Made by a program: the position numbers and the translations under genes | Source of the DNA: Leptospiraceae bacterium | Lineage (GTDB): Bacteria > Spirochaetota > Leptospiria > Leptospirales > Leptonemataceae | Assembly (NCBI GenBank): GCA_040217195.1 | Contig: JAVJNR010000004.1 | Location: forward strand, 128,001 to 192,000 | Reading direction: 5' to 3' | DNA length: 64,000 nucleotides | Shown: positions 1 through 10,247 of the stretch, one piece after another | Layout: each line of letters starts with the position of its first letter | Numbering within the stretch: position 1 is the stretch's first letter | The notes under the pieces: generated by a model | What the model saw: the letters and a program-made list of their open reading frames with translations, nothing else | Told to the model about the DNA's origin: nothing | Database searches by the model: none

Positions 1-1
1 C

Positions 2-1285
2 GAAGATGCTGATGTTACTTTTCAGCTATATCAAATCCTCGAAAAAGATTTAAAGAATAGTGCTCTGAGAAAGGTCCACGATGAAATCGAATGTAAGTTG
101 ATTCCGGTTCTGGCCAGGATGGAAGAAGCTGGAGTAGCCATCGATGAGAAGTATTTCAGCAAGTTAAGCAAAGATTATGCGAAGAAACTGGAAGGCTTTG
201 AGCAAAGCATCTACAAGGAGGCTGGATACGAATTCAATATCAATTCTACGAAAGAGCTTCAGGCCCTGCTATTCGAAAAGTTAAACCTGCCCAGGGGAAA
301 GAAGACAAAAACTGGCTATAGCACTGACCAGTCAGTTCTTGAAGAGCTTCGTGGTCTGCATCCAATCATCGATGCTTTGCTGGAACATAGAAAATACTCC
401 AAACTGAAATCTACCTATGTTGATACACTGCCGCGTCTGATCCATCCGGAAACAGAAAGGATTCATACCAGCTTTCAGCAAACCATTGCGGCCACAGGTA
501 GGCTTTCGAGCACAGATCCGAACCTTCAAAACATCCCCATACGCGAGGAAACCGGTCGGGCCATTCGTAGAGGATTTGTACCTGCAAAAGGGAATATCCT
601 TCTGGCCCTGGACTATTCGCAAATTGAGCTGCGAATCCTGGCACACTATGCGAAAGATGAAGCGCTGCTTGATGCATTTCAGAATGATAAGGATATTCAT
701 GCAATGACGGCTGCCTCATTGTTTGGCGTAAAAGAAAAGGATGTTAGTCCGGATCAGAGATCCCAGGCAAAAACAGTCAATTTCTCCATTGTCTACGGGG
801 TTACAGATTATGGCTTAAGCCGCAACCTGGGCATCGCAAGAAAAGAAGCCCAGGAGTTAATCGATCTATTCTTTGAGACCTATCCGGGGGTGCGAAGATA
901 CATGGATGAGACTATTGTTTTTGCAGAGAAGAACGGATACGTGGAAACCATGTCCGGCCGTCGCAGACAGATACCGGAGATCAATGCATCCAATCGATTC
1001 AGAAAAGAAGGGGCCCGACGGACTGCAATCAATACTCCGATCCAGGGAACTAGCGCAGACATTATCAAGATGGCCATGATTTCTCTTCAAGAGAAGTTAG
1101 ATAAGAAAAAGTATATGTCCCAGATGATTCTGCAGGTGCATGATGAACTGCTGTTTGACACCGTTCCCACAGAAAAGGATGATCTGATCAAGCTGGCCAG
1201 AAGCGAAATGGAATCTGCCATTAAGCTGGATGTTCCATTACGAGTCGATGCAGGGGAAGGTAAGAACTGGGATGAAGCGCATTAG
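2..1285 (+). CDS. polA: DNA polymerase I, C-terminal polymerase domain (5' end outside window)
   Basis: Frame open from base 2 (EDADVTFQL...). Family A motifs TGRLSSTDPNLQNIP, DYSQIELRILAH, KTVNFSIVYG, INTPIQGT, LQVHDEL, and C-terminal NWDEAH. Confidence 0.97.
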   Translation, partial: EDADVTFQLYQILEKDLKNSALRKVHDEIECKLIPVLARMEEAGVAIDEKYFSKLSKDYAKKLEGFEQSIYKEAGYEFNINSTKELQALLFEKLNLPRGKKTKTGYSTDQSVLEELRGLHPIIDALLEHRKYSKLKSTYVDTLPRLIHPETERIHTSFQQTIAATGRLSSTDPNLQNIPIREETGRAIRRGFVPAKGNILLALDYSQIELRILAHYAKDEALLDAFQNDKDIHAMTAASLFGVKEKDVSPDQRSQAKTVNFSIVYGVTDYGLSRNLGIARKEAQELIDLFFETYPGVRRYMDETIVFAEKNGYVETMSGRRRQIPEINASNRFRKEGARRTAINTPIQGTSADIIKMAMISLQEKLDKKKYMSQMILQVHDELLFDTVPTEKDDLIKLARSEMESAIKLDVPLRVDAGEGKNWDEAH

Positions 1286-1564
1286 ATAAGAGTCCGGATT
1301 AAAGGGCTTGAGGAAAGGGTCTTATTGGAGCATTTGATTAAGCCACCTTGAGCTCATTGGCTAATTCCAACAAGGACAAGAACTATAGCAACAGGGATTG
1401 TAAACCTGTTTCCTGACGAAGATTTTCTTCTGTTCTAACCCGGAACGGCTAACGCATAGCTTCACTGTCCCAATCTATGATCGCGCCAGATTTTCTATAG
1501 CCAGTGCATCGCTTCGGTATGACCGCTGTCTGCTCTATTGAAAAGCCTGCTTTCTGCGTTTAAA

Positions 1565-2173
1565 CTATCGAAGGATTATATCGCCGGCATCGTAGATCTG
1601 GCTGGCATCCTGGTTAAGCTGAAATGTCTGGGCCGATCCAGTATTGGAGTTAATGGTAGAAGATGGTCCGGTGTAATAACCCGGCGAAAAGCTACTGGGA
1701 TTCTGAAAGCAGTCTATATGAGTATCGATTCGACCATCGTAGGTTGAATCGATGGGTTCCACGGAGATTCTGTATTGATCTGTGATATTGGGTAACCCCG
1801 CCATATAAAAGCTACCATCACCGTTTAGACCGGTAAACGTGGAAACAAAGCGCTTTCCCGGGCCATCCGATGCCCCGTCTGTATCCGAATCCTGAACAAT
1901 AACCAGAGCCGCAATAGCCGGATCCCCGTTGGCCTGCAAGACCCTACCTTGAACAGTGGGCCATACATTGGCCACGGAAGGACGCACCGCTGAAAGCTGG
2001 GGCGCTGATTGAAAGTTGCATGGATTGGAAGCATATAGGACAATCAGAGCAGAAAGCAAAATATCATCGTTACCTTTCCTGGGCTGGCACGCTGTTGCTA
2101 GAAAGCCAAAACCGGCCAGAAGAGCCAGCGTTTGAACCATGTATTGAACGGGTTTCGCTTTATTGATAAACAT
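1565..2173 (-). CDS. Putative lipoprotein with carboxypeptidase-regulatory-like beta-sandwich domain
   Basis: Hydrophobic signal ending in lipobox-like FLATAC. Pattern TVQGRVLQANG...DGSFYMAGLP...YRISVEP. Start could be the Met of MVQTLA. Confidence 0.7.
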   Translation of the reverse strand: MFINKAKPVQYMVQTLALLAGFGFLATACQPRKGNDDILLSALIVLYASNPCNFQSAPQLSAVRPSVANVWPTVQGRVLQANGDPAIAALVIVQDSDTDGASDGPGKRFVSTFTGLNGDGSFYMAGLPNITDQYRISVEPIDSTYDGRIDTHIDCFQNPSSFSPGYYTGPSSTINSNTGSAQTFQLNQDASQIYDAGDIILR

Positions 2174-2306
2174 TTCTTATAATCACCGGAAGGACATCGT
2201 CCTGGTTCCATCCATCACCCGTTGCTCCTCGAATCAGATAGCGAGACAAAGAAGTCTCCTGGGTGCTTTAATGTTGCTCTACCTCTAAGGAATTGCATAA
2301 ACATAC

Positions 2307-3176
2307 CTACTGGCCGTATACCGTAATCAGGCCTGCTTTTTCATCGTCTGTTAAAGTTTTGCTTACCGAGGGTGGGTTGGGTGCAAATGGATGCATTACC
2401 GGAACAAAATCCGAAGTGGAGGCTACAACTCCAGCTGAGTCAATATTGTCCCCTGCCACAGAATGGGCGAAACCCAGTACATGCCCCAATTCATGTAATA
2501 GAGTGTATCTATAGTACTGTTGTTGCTGAAGAGCTGAAAGACTACCGATGAGTTCGCCGTTCAATATCATCAGCCCCGAACAAACCTCGTTCGGGCGAGA
2601 ATTGTCAATGGCCAGAGGTACCCCGATTCCCAGAACACTGTCTGGATCAACTCCCAGATTCCTCAGCACGGCGCCATCTGCATCCCAGACCACGCGGATC
2701 ACCCCGGCCGTAGGATTTCGCAAGAAGGCATTCACCGAATTTGCATCCATGGCAAAGTAGGTAATGTTTGCACCGTTGGTGGTAATATCAGTGAGTATAT
2801 TCACATTGGCGCCACCATCCTGATTCCACTCATCGTGTACTGATTTAATCAAGTTTCCGTAGGTAATATTTCCGTTGGATGGATCGTCTGTATCATAGGT
2901 AACTGAAATGGGCCGACTGCTGGAATTGCAGCCAGAACCAAACACCCATTGCTGCCTCAATCCATTTTGAGCTATAAAGAAAAACCAGGAATGCACTGTT
3001 CCGGGTGCATATATGGCGGCGCCAGACAGTAGTACAATGCCAAGAGCAAGCACCCCTGCCAGGATCTGAATAGGCCTGCGAAACCCGGGTTGAGCCATTC
3101 CTGATTGAACTGAATTTCCCGCCATTGCTGTGGCCTGTAGCTTTCGCCACTGCGAATTGGAAGCATCAGACTTCAT
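2307..3176 (-). CDS. Metzincin (matrixin/M10-like) zinc metalloprotease, membrane-anchored or secreted
   Basis: HELGHVLGFAHS matches HExxHxxGxxH. Met-turn PVMHP, C-terminal LTDDEKAGLITVYG, N-terminal hydrophobic segment. Start placed at ATG 3176, right after the upstream gene's stop. Confidence 0.88.
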   Translation of the reverse strand: MKSDASNSQWRKLQATAMAGNSVQSGMAQPGFRRPIQILAGVLALGIVLLSGAAIYAPGTVHSWFFFIAQNGLRQQWVFGSGCNSSSRPISVTYDTDDPSNGNITYGNLIKSVHDEWNQDGGANVNILTDITTNGANITYFAMDANSVNAFLRNPTAGVIRVVWDADGAVLRNLGVDPDSVLGIGVPLAIDNSRPNEVCSGLMILNGELIGSLSALQQQQYYRYTLLHELGHVLGFAHSVAGDNIDSAGVVASTSDFVPVMHPFAPNPPSVSKTLTDDEKAGLITVYGQ

Positions 3177-3177
3177 C

Positions 3178-3660
3178 TCAAGGGCCTCCTTTAACCAGGG
3201 AACGAAACTCATGGAGAGAAAGCCTTCTTCCATGAAAGGATTTACCGAAACCGGTGATGGGCCGGGCCAGCCAGTAGTTTCCGCTGGAATCCTCCAGAAG
3301 CTCAATTTTGCCCCAGTGCAGAGATTTTAACGGATAATACCCCTCGTTGGTCCGAGAACCCAGAAAAACGATCCACCTGGATCCAGCGCCCTCCAGCACC
3401 GGTGATGGTTGAATGACCCGCGAAGCGGAAAAAATACGAATATCAATGACGGCAGGCAGATTGCCCTTCCATACTTCCAGCACCTGTAAGCGATACTGGA
3501 CCAGATTGGCTCCGCCCGGTGCAGCCACAATGTTTTCCACTTCCACCACTGCAATGTGCTGAGCATTTCCCACGTAATCCCGGGTTGTTCGGGGAAACTC
3601 AATTGCCATTGCTGGACTTACAAGAAGTAGGATGATTAGCAGGAGAGCATTTCGGTACAT
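3178..3660 (-). CDS. Secreted hypothetical protein, possible TIMP/NTR-like OB-fold
   Basis: Clean signal peptide (LLLIILLLVSPAMA). Pattern AQHIAVVEV...YRLQVLEVWKG...WIVFL. Stop lies 1 nt before the protease ATG. Confidence 0.7.
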   Translation of the reverse strand: MYRNALLLIILLLVSPAMAIEFPRTTRDYVGNAQHIAVVEVENIVAAPGGANLVQYRLQVLEVWKGNLPAVIDIRIFSASRVIQPSPVLEGAGSRWIVFLGSRTNEGYYPLKSLHWGKIELLEDSSGNYWLARPITGFGKSFHGRRLSLHEFRSLVKGGP

Positions 3661-3761
3661 GGTGGTTTCTATAATTAGACAACACCGGGCGGATCCTGGT
3701 TTGCAGGAATTGCGCTTGACCCTGGCCCTGGTGGAGCACTATTTCAAGCTCTCAGGGAGCG

Positions 3762-5510
3762 GTGTCTTTGGCCACAAAAAAAGGTGTTAGTAAAGCCAGT
3801 CCAGAACCACAGGAAACAGAAAAACGTGACCTGGCCCAGGAGCTGGAACGGGCTGGAGGTAGATTACACAGCCTATTTGTTCAATTACCCCATATGCTGG
3901 GAGTTAGTAGATCTGATGCAATCCTGATGCATTCTCAGATCGACGATGGCTCCAGGATCAAATCCTTACCATACTGGATGTTTGTCATTTCTTCCTGCGG
4001 CATTGCCACCCTTGGTTTGATAATCAATAGTCCGGCGGTGATCATTGGAGCCATGCTGGTTTCACCTTTGATGGCCCCCATAATCGGTCTGGGAATGAGT
4101 GTTGCTATCAGCGATGTGTATCTTGGTTTAAAATCCGGTGTAAACATCATTCTTTCCAGCATTGTAGCAGTTTTAACCGCAGCCGCAATAACTTACATAG
4201 TACCCATCAATGAATTAACGCCAGAGATTCTTTCGCGTACCAGCCCAACTTTTCTAGATCTATTTATCGCCCTTTTCTGTGGTCTGGTGGCTGCACTGAG
4301 TTCGGTTCGTAGCGAAGGAGATGCAATCATGAGTTCCGTGGCTCCAGGCGCTGCCATTGGAGTGGCCTTGATGCCTCCAATTTGTGTGGTGGGCTATGGT
4401 CTGGGCACCGGTTTCACCGCCAGCATCATGTGGGGAGCCTTTCTGTTATTTGTAACCAACCTGTCTGCCATTATCATGGTATCTTCGGTCTTCTACTATT
4501 TTGTCTATGAAGGTTACAACATCCATAAGTTGATTAAGCTTCTTACCGGCCGTAGAGAAAAATCCGAGCCTCTGTTTCGACTTCTGGGCAGACAGCAATG
4601 GTGGATTCGCCTGAATGAATCTATTGGTTCAGGGAAGCGATTCCTGTTTCCTGTATTGCTATTGCTTCTGATTAGTTATCCGTTGATCAGTTCTCTATCT
4701 TATCTAAAAGAAAAAATCGACATTCGAAATTTCATCTCCACGGAGCTGAGTTCTGTTCAGGGCATGAGCTTGATTCGCGGAATCGATGGGCTGGTATTCG
4801 ACCGAAACGATGTAAAAGGCACCATTGTCTATTCTTCGTCTGAGCTTCCCGGCGCGGATTTTCAGGATAGATTAAATCAGGACATAGAAACCAGATTTCC
4901 AGATTACAGTGCGGCGATTACACTTGTAAGAGTGGCCCGGGAATCGGACCTTTCCAGTCTTCGCAAGACCCAGGAACTTACCCTGGATACTTCGCCGGAG
5001 ACCTTTCATGATGCCATTCGCAATCGGCATGCAACTGAACTTGTAGAAAGAGCCCAGTCTTTACTCAATGCAAGGTTTCCTCAAAATGCAGGCATCATTC
5101 TAGAAACCAGACTGATTTATAGTACGGATGGTATGGACCGAGTTCTGGTAGAATTTGCAGGCCCTCCCATGCCCAGAGAAACCCGCGAAATTCTGGAAGA
5201 AACTCTTACCAGAGCACTCCAGGCCCTGAAAGGTGATCTGAGAACCGTTGAATTGAACCGTCAGGGAAGAGTCCAGGCCACGTATGCCTGCGATACCGCT
5301 GCTCAAAAAGAGAACTGGGACCGGATCTGGTCCATAGAATTGCAGAGATTGAGAAACAATCCTTTTTTGAAAATTCAGATAACAACCGGTGGATATGAAA
5401 AACAAATCCAGAATTCTTTAAAAGACGTTTCTGATTCGATAACAAAGCGAATCCAGTTAAAGCAATCCAATGAGCGTCCATGTAAAATAGATCGATTGTA
5501 TCTTCCTTAA
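3762..5510 (+). CDS. DUF389/TIGR00341-family membrane protein with C-terminal soluble extension
   Basis: IATLGLIINSPAVIIGAMLVSPLMAPI, EILSRTSPT, PGAAIGVALMPP. Multiple TM segments. GTG start with AGGGAG SD. Confidence 0.88.
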   Translation: MSLATKKGVSKASPEPQETEKRDLAQELERAGGRLHSLFVQLPHMLGVSRSDAILMHSQIDDGSRIKSLPYWMFVISSCGIATLGLIINSPAVIIGAMLVSPLMAPIIGLGMSVAISDVYLGLKSGVNIILSSIVAVLTAAAITYIVPINELTPEILSRTSPTFLDLFIALFCGLVAALSSVRSEGDAIMSSVAPGAAIGVALMPPICVVGYGLGTGFTASIMWGAFLLFVTNLSAIIMVSSVFYYFVYEGYNIHKLIKLLTGRREKSEPLFRLLGRQQWWIRLNESIGSGKRFLFPVLLLLLISYPLISSLSYLKEKIDIRNFISTELSSVQGMSLIRGIDGLVFDRNDVKGTIVYSSSELPGADFQDRLNQDIETRFPDYSAAITLVRVARESDLSSLRKTQELTLDTSPETFHDAIRNRHATELVERAQSLLNARFPQNAGIILETRLIYSTDGMDRVLVEFAGPPMPRETREILEETLTRALQALKGDLRTVELNRQGRVQATYACDTAAQKENWDRIWSIELQRLRNNPFLKIQITTGGYEKQIQNSLKDVSDSITKRIQLKQSNERPCKIDRLYLP

Positions 5511-5522
5511 AACGAAGGTCTC

Positions 5523-7031
5523 TTATTTGCCCGTTGGAACCTTTTTAACCCTCCTCTGTAATTCCTGGTAAGATGTCTTCCGGCACTGCCTGGAAAATAG
5601 TCTGTTCCAGACATAGGAATCCCCTTCTCTGGTTCCATAATCCTTTCTGTGCAATGCCACAAACAAATCTCTGGCCCGGGTAAGGGCAACATAGGCTATG
5701 CGAACCTCTTCGCTATCCGAGTCCTCGGCGGCGCCACTCCAGCCCCCAAGAACATCCAGAATCACAACAGAAAATTCCAGGCCTTTAGAACGATGAATGG
5801 TAATGCAGGAGTCTTCACTCAATCCTGCTTCCAGCCAGATTCTTCGGCGGTAATTACTTCTACATAGAATGGTCCAGTCTCTGGAACAACTTTGCATCAG
5901 TGCTACTACATCTGCTTCCTGACCGGTTTCCAGGCTCAGCGAAAGAACTGATTTCTCTCTTTCCCTGCGATGAGCCCTAACTTGCTTTTTGATTTGACCG
6001 GGACTGGCTTTAATTAAGCGATTTCCTGCATTCACAATATCAGGTACACTGCGATAGTTTACGGAAAGAAAATGTTTCTCTACACCGCCAAAATGATCCG
6101 TAAAGTTCAGGAATGGTTTAACGTCAGCTCCTCTAAACGAATAGATCGCCTGCCAGTCATCGCCCACAACTACCATCTCCGAAGCGGACATCCGCTGAAG
6201 AAACTCTACCTGCGCTGGATCGGTATCCTGAAATTCATCCACTATTATGGTCTGGTAACTCCCTGGAATTCCAGCGGCCCAATTCCCGGCAATTCGGGCC
6301 TTTCTTAATCCTCCAAGAACAATTCGGATTAAATCCGAGTATTCCAGTAACTGATTTCTCTCTTTGTATTGATTCCAGTATCTATGTATGCGAAAAGCCA
6401 CTCGGGGAAACTCCTGCCGAAATCGTCGGGGATTCGAAAGCAGCAGACCAATGGGAATTCCGCCAACTGTGTACCTGTATCTGTAGAAAAGAGGCTTCAG
6501 GATGCGTATTTTTTCTTCTTCATCCACTACCTGCATTTCTTCGCCTCCAGGATACCACTGGCGAATTAGCTGAAAACAAAATCCATGGAATGTATGAATC
6601 TGAATCTGTTTTTGATACTCTTCAGGAATTCTTTCCAGCATTTCCCGGGCCGCTTTACGGCTGAAGGTCAGCAACAGCAAAGGGTTTCGCTTAGTGCCAA
6701 AGAACTGTTCTGGATGCTCCCCGGAATTAAGATGGTGCGTTTCAGACTGGAATTCGTTCAGGACCTGGACTGCAAGTTGAATTACCGTGCGAGTTTTTCC
6801 GCTTCCGGCAGCTGCAATGACTTGCTTAATCGCAGCGCTGGAATCCAGAACTCTTTGCTGCTCCAATGAGAGGATGTTGGCCTTCTTGACTACAGTATTC
6901 GTTGATTCTTCGTCCAGGCTCACTGGAAAAGGACTGCCCCTTGAGTTGTTTTTCAGAATCTTATCTTCGCCCGACTTCTGGTATGTATCACTTCTCTTTG
7001 TTTTTGGCGCACTTTTCAGAAGTTTCTTCAT
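5523..7031 (-). CDS. UvrD/REP-family (SF1A) ATP-dependent helicase, compact form
   Basis: AAAGSGKT, LLTFSRKAA, TFHGFC, DEFQD, VGDDWQAIYSFRGA, NYRS, TIHRSKGLEF, EEVRIAYVALTRA. Start uncertain (7031 or 7049). Confidence 0.9.
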   Translation of the reverse strand: MKKLLKSAPKTKRSDTYQKSGEDKILKNNSRGSPFPVSLDEESTNTVVKKANILSLEQQRVLDSSAAIKQVIAAAGSGKTRTVIQLAVQVLNEFQSETHHLNSGEHPEQFFGTKRNPLLLLTFSRKAAREMLERIPEEYQKQIQIHTFHGFCFQLIRQWYPGGEEMQVVDEEEKIRILKPLFYRYRYTVGGIPIGLLLSNPRRFRQEFPRVAFRIHRYWNQYKERNQLLEYSDLIRIVLGGLRKARIAGNWAAGIPGSYQTIIVDEFQDTDPAQVEFLQRMSASEMVVVGDDWQAIYSFRGADVKPFLNFTDHFGGVEKHFLSVNYRSVPDIVNAGNRLIKASPGQIKKQVRAHRREREKSVLSLSLETGQEADVVALMQSCSRDWTILCRSNYRRRIWLEAGLSEDSCITIHRSKGLEFSVVILDVLGGWSGAAEDSDSEEVRIAYVALTRARDLFVALHRKDYGTREGDSYVWNRLFSRQCRKTSYQELQRRVKKVPTGK

Positions 7032-7140
7032 ATAGTCAGAGGTGTGCAATAAACGTTACGTCTCGAAAAAATGTGAACGATCTCTTTTGCCAGCACAAAC
7101 TGGGTATAGAGACGGGCCTTCATGGCCCCCAGGAGGAAGT

Positions 7141-7500
7141 ATGAACAATCTCTCTTTAGTGATTCTAGACGGAAATCTGGTGCAGGATCCAGAACTCAAG
7201 GAACTCGGAAATGAACGTAAGGTCGTCAACTTTACAGTAGCGGCCAACCATGGCTTTAGATCGAAGGAGGACAATTCCAGGGAATTCGTAAGCTATTTCA
7301 ATGTAGAAGCATGGGATAAACAGGCTGGGCCTATCGCTCAATATCTAAAGAAAGGATCCCGGGTCACCATAGAAGGCAACCTTCGGCAGGATCGCTGGAA
7401 AGACGATGAAGGTTTTAACAGAAACAAGGTAAAGATCGTAGCAAGAAATGTTCGGTTTGACTGGGTCCAGAAACCAGAAGCTGCCGGACGAGCAGCCTGA
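7141..7500 (+). CDS. ssb: Single-stranded DNA-binding protein (short, no acidic tail)
   Basis: MNNLSLVILDGNLVQDPEL, FTVAAN, VEAW, YLKKGSRVTIEGNLRQDRW. AGGAGG SD before ATG 7141, so the ORF-track start at 7042 is too early. Confidence 0.92.
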   Translation: MNNLSLVILDGNLVQDPELKELGNERKVVNFTVAANHGFRSKEDNSREFVSYFNVEAWDKQAGPIAQYLKKGSRVTIEGNLRQDRWKDDEGFNRNKVKIVARNVRFDWVQKPEAAGRAA

Positions 7501-7530
7501 TCAAAACTCCCCAATACCTACACCTGGATA

Positions 7531-7564
7531 CCGGTAGCAAGAATGGCTACCGGGCTTTTTTTTT
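7531..7564 (+). terminator. Rho-independent terminator of ssb
   Basis: ccggtagc-aagaatg-gctaccgg hairpin followed by a run of 9 T. Confidence 0.85.
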
Positions 7565-7589
7565 GAATCTATTCGAAATATGCATCCGA

Positions 7590-10247
7590 TCAGAGACTCT
7601 TCCAGACCTGAAGACGTACATTCCAGTGCTCTCTGGGGATCTGAAGATACCGATCCAGTAGATCAACTATGGACAGCCCGCCAGATCCAGGTAATGACAG
7701 CTTAAAGGAAAGTGTATTATCCTGACGTTCCAGTTCCTGGATGCTGGAGCGTAATGGCTTTTCGTGCATTCGCATGGCAGATTTATGCCTGGGCAGGTTT
7801 CGGACTCTTTTCTTCTTTCTGTCTCTTTTTTCAAAGGATACGGTTTCCGGCGCATTTTTGAGCATCTCCTCAAAACGATCCGCATCTTCCGGATGGAAGA
7901 ATTTGAGTTTGTATCGCTGTTGTTCTTTGCTCTCTTTTTGACGATTCTCTGAAAATTCCACTCCCTTCAATTCCAGGCCCTGCGGTAACTGTTCAGAAAT
8001 TGCCTGAAACCAATCGTCGGCATCTATGGCCCTGTACAGGGACACATCTGCCAATTCCTGCTCACTATGCATATAGATAGGTAGCGAATCCCCGAAATAG
8101 AACTTCTCATGCTTATTGAAGCCACGGGTAAAGGTCATGGGTAGGCCGGCCCTGCGAAGAGCTTTTCGCAAGGCATCCATCATATCGAGATGACTTACAT
8201 AGGCAAAATTACCTGTCTTGGAGAATTTCAGTCGGAGAAAACCAGCCCTCTTTTGTTTTTCTTCTGGAATGGTAACCGGCTTTAAAAGCTCCGGAGGAAA
8301 ATCAGATTCCTTCAGAGCCTGCTTATGCGGCGGATTCATGTTCTCTTCGGTGATGGATTCAAACTTTTCAAAATCCTTTATCAACCTGTCTCGAGGAAAA
8401 CCCTCTACGATGTCTTCGAAAGCAAGAGGAGTGCCGCCTGCTTTCTTTCCCATCCAGTGATGCTGCAGTTCCGGCGGTAGCTCGGTCATCACTGATTCCC
8501 ATACATCCTGCTGAAACCCATCGTCCCAGGAGTCAAAGCTGGCTCCTTCTCGAAAAGCCTTCTCCAGATAATAGGACACTCGATGGTCGGATCGACTAAG
8601 CAATCCCTCTACCCAGCTCATCCACGGTGTTGGATGTCTTACATGAACGCGATTCGTTGTTAAACCGGACTTGATCCTTTCAATGCTTTCGTTAAAGAAA
8701 TCCGGGCCTTTCTGTTCTTCCCATTGAAATGTAGTAAATGGCTTGGGAACGAATAGCGATACAGTAACGTTTACTTTTTTACGAGGACCGCATTCTCTGG
8801 CCAGATCGCCCAGAGCATTTAATGACTTGATCAAATCTTCTACTTCACGGCCATCCCTGTCTGGCAGGCCCAGCATGAAATAAACTTTCACCAGGTCCCA
8901 GCCCCGGCCGTAGATTTCACGGATTAAATAATGCAAGTTATCTTCCGAGGATTTTTTTCGAATCCTCTCTCTCATCAGCTCTGAACCCGCTTCCAGCGCA
9001 AAGGTAACATTGGATTTTCGAATACCGGACGTCATCTCCAGAACAGGAATCGTTTTTACCTGAACTCGCAAACTGGGCAGAGAAAGAGAGACTCCTTCCG
9101 GACCATAGGCATGGGCCATATCCACAACAAGCTCTTCCAGCCAGGGGTAATCAGCTATGGATAGACTATGCAAGGTAATAGTATCATTGCCGGTACGCTT
9201 GAGTAAGTCTCCGGCTATTCGCACAAGATTACTTACTTCTGCATTTCTAACCGGTCGTTTCCAGAAACCGGCATGACAGAAGCGACATCCCTGACCACAG
9301 CCGCGATTCACTTCCACCACCACTCGATCTTGAGTAATGGAAATACTGGGTACTATCACATGCTCAAGAGCCGCAAATTCTTTGGCTCGATAAGTCCTCT
9401 TCGCTTCCACCGGTCCCTGATAATGGGCTTCACCGTTTTCATGTATGGTGGCAGTATAATGATCCGGAAGAATCAAACCTTCCACGGATTGCAGCTCGGC
9501 CAGTAAAGCTTTTCTGCTCAGTCCTCTTTCTTTGGCGCTGGCCACAATATCCATCACTTCCATGATGGCTTCTTCACCATCGCCCATGAAGATTCCATCC
9601 AGAAAATCAAATAGGGGCAATGGGTTAGAAACCGCCGTTCCACCGGTGATGATAATTGGATGATCGCCGGTCCTGTCCTGCCTGCGCACTGGAATTCCAG
9701 CCAGGTCAAGAGCATATAGAAGATTCGTATAATGCAATTCATGGGCCGTATTGAAGGCCCATACATCGAAAGACCGAACGGCAAAATGCTGATCCAGGCT
9801 GTACAGAGGGATCCCTTCCTCCTTCATCAAGCCACGAAAATCCGGCCATGGCAAAAACGTGCGATCTGCATACAGATCCGGCCTTCTCTGCACACAGTCA
9901 TACAGGATCTTGAGGCCCTCATTGGACATACCCAGCTCATATGTGTCTGGATAAGAAAAAACTATCCTGGCCCTGGTAGAGGAGACATCCTTATTGGGTA
10001 CTCCAAATTCGCCACCCGTATATCGTCCCGGCTTCTCTACCTTTTGCAGGAGCGGAAGGATGAGATCCCGGTTCATAAGCTCCGGTTCGGTGCCAAATGG
10101 TACATCTCCATCGTATTTTCCGGAGAACTGAACCTTTTCGATCACCGGTGATTCCGTAGCAGGAGCGGATTCCGGGATTTCCGCATTTAGAGTAATAGTA
10201 TTACCCTGGTTGGTTTCTTCCGATGTTGGGGACTGATTTAATGACAT
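7590..10247 (-). CDS. TIGR03960-type radical SAM protein fused to TIGR03936/DUF2344 domain
   Basis: VEKPGRYTGGE, YPDTYELGMSN, RGCGQGCRFC (CxxxCxxC), SLSLPSLRV, FVPKPFTTFQW. C-terminal YVSHLD...RRAGLP...GFN. Start placed at the ATG of MSLNQ. Confidence 0.9.
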   Translation of the reverse strand: MSLNQSPTSEETNQGNTITLNAEIPESAPATESPVIEKVQFSGKYDGDVPFGTEPELMNRDLILPLLQKVEKPGRYTGGEFGVPNKDVSSTRARIVFSYPDTYELGMSNEGLKILYDCVQRRPDLYADRTFLPWPDFRGLMKEEGIPLYSLDQHFAVRSFDVWAFNTAHELHYTNLLYALDLAGIPVRRQDRTGDHPIIITGGTAVSNPLPLFDFLDGIFMGDGEEAIMEVMDIVASAKERGLSRKALLAELQSVEGLILPDHYTATIHENGEAHYQGPVEAKRTYRAKEFAALEHVIVPSISITQDRVVVEVNRGCGQGCRFCHAGFWKRPVRNAEVSNLVRIAGDLLKRTGNDTITLHSLSIADYPWLEELVVDMAHAYGPEGVSLSLPSLRVQVKTIPVLEMTSGIRKSNVTFALEAGSELMRERIRKKSSEDNLHYLIREIYGRGWDLVKVYFMLGLPDRDGREVEDLIKSLNALGDLARECGPRKKVNVTVSLFVPKPFTTFQWEEQKGPDFFNESIERIKSGLTTNRVHVRHPTPWMSWVEGLLSRSDHRVSYYLEKAFREGASFDSWDDGFQQDVWESVMTELPPELQHHWMGKKAGGTPLAFEDIVEGFPRDRLIKDFEKFESITEENMNPPHKQALKESDFPPELLKPVTIPEEKQKRAGFLRLKFSKTGNFAYVSHLDMMDALRKALRRAGLPMTFTRGFNKHEKFYFGDSLPIYMHSEQELADVSLYRAIDADDWFQAISEQLPQGLELKGVEFSENRQKESKEQQRYKLKFFHPEDADRFEEMLKNAPETVSFEKRDRKKKRVRNLPRHKSAMRMHEKPLRSSIQELERQDNTLSFKLSLPGSGGLSIVDLLDRYLQIPREHWNVRLQVWKSL

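Noticed and set aside
1286..1564. 279-bp gap after polA containing CTGACGA plus a small hairpin, resembling a hammerhead ribozyme core or sRNA
   Set aside because: No GAAA core after stem II and no consistent three-stem pairing. No recognisable 6S or SRP signature.
2174..2306. Frameshift or readthrough joining the protease to the downstream lipoprotein
   Set aside because: The 133-nt gap is out of frame, an in-frame TAA lies just before the lipoprotein ATG, and the lipoprotein has its own signal peptide.
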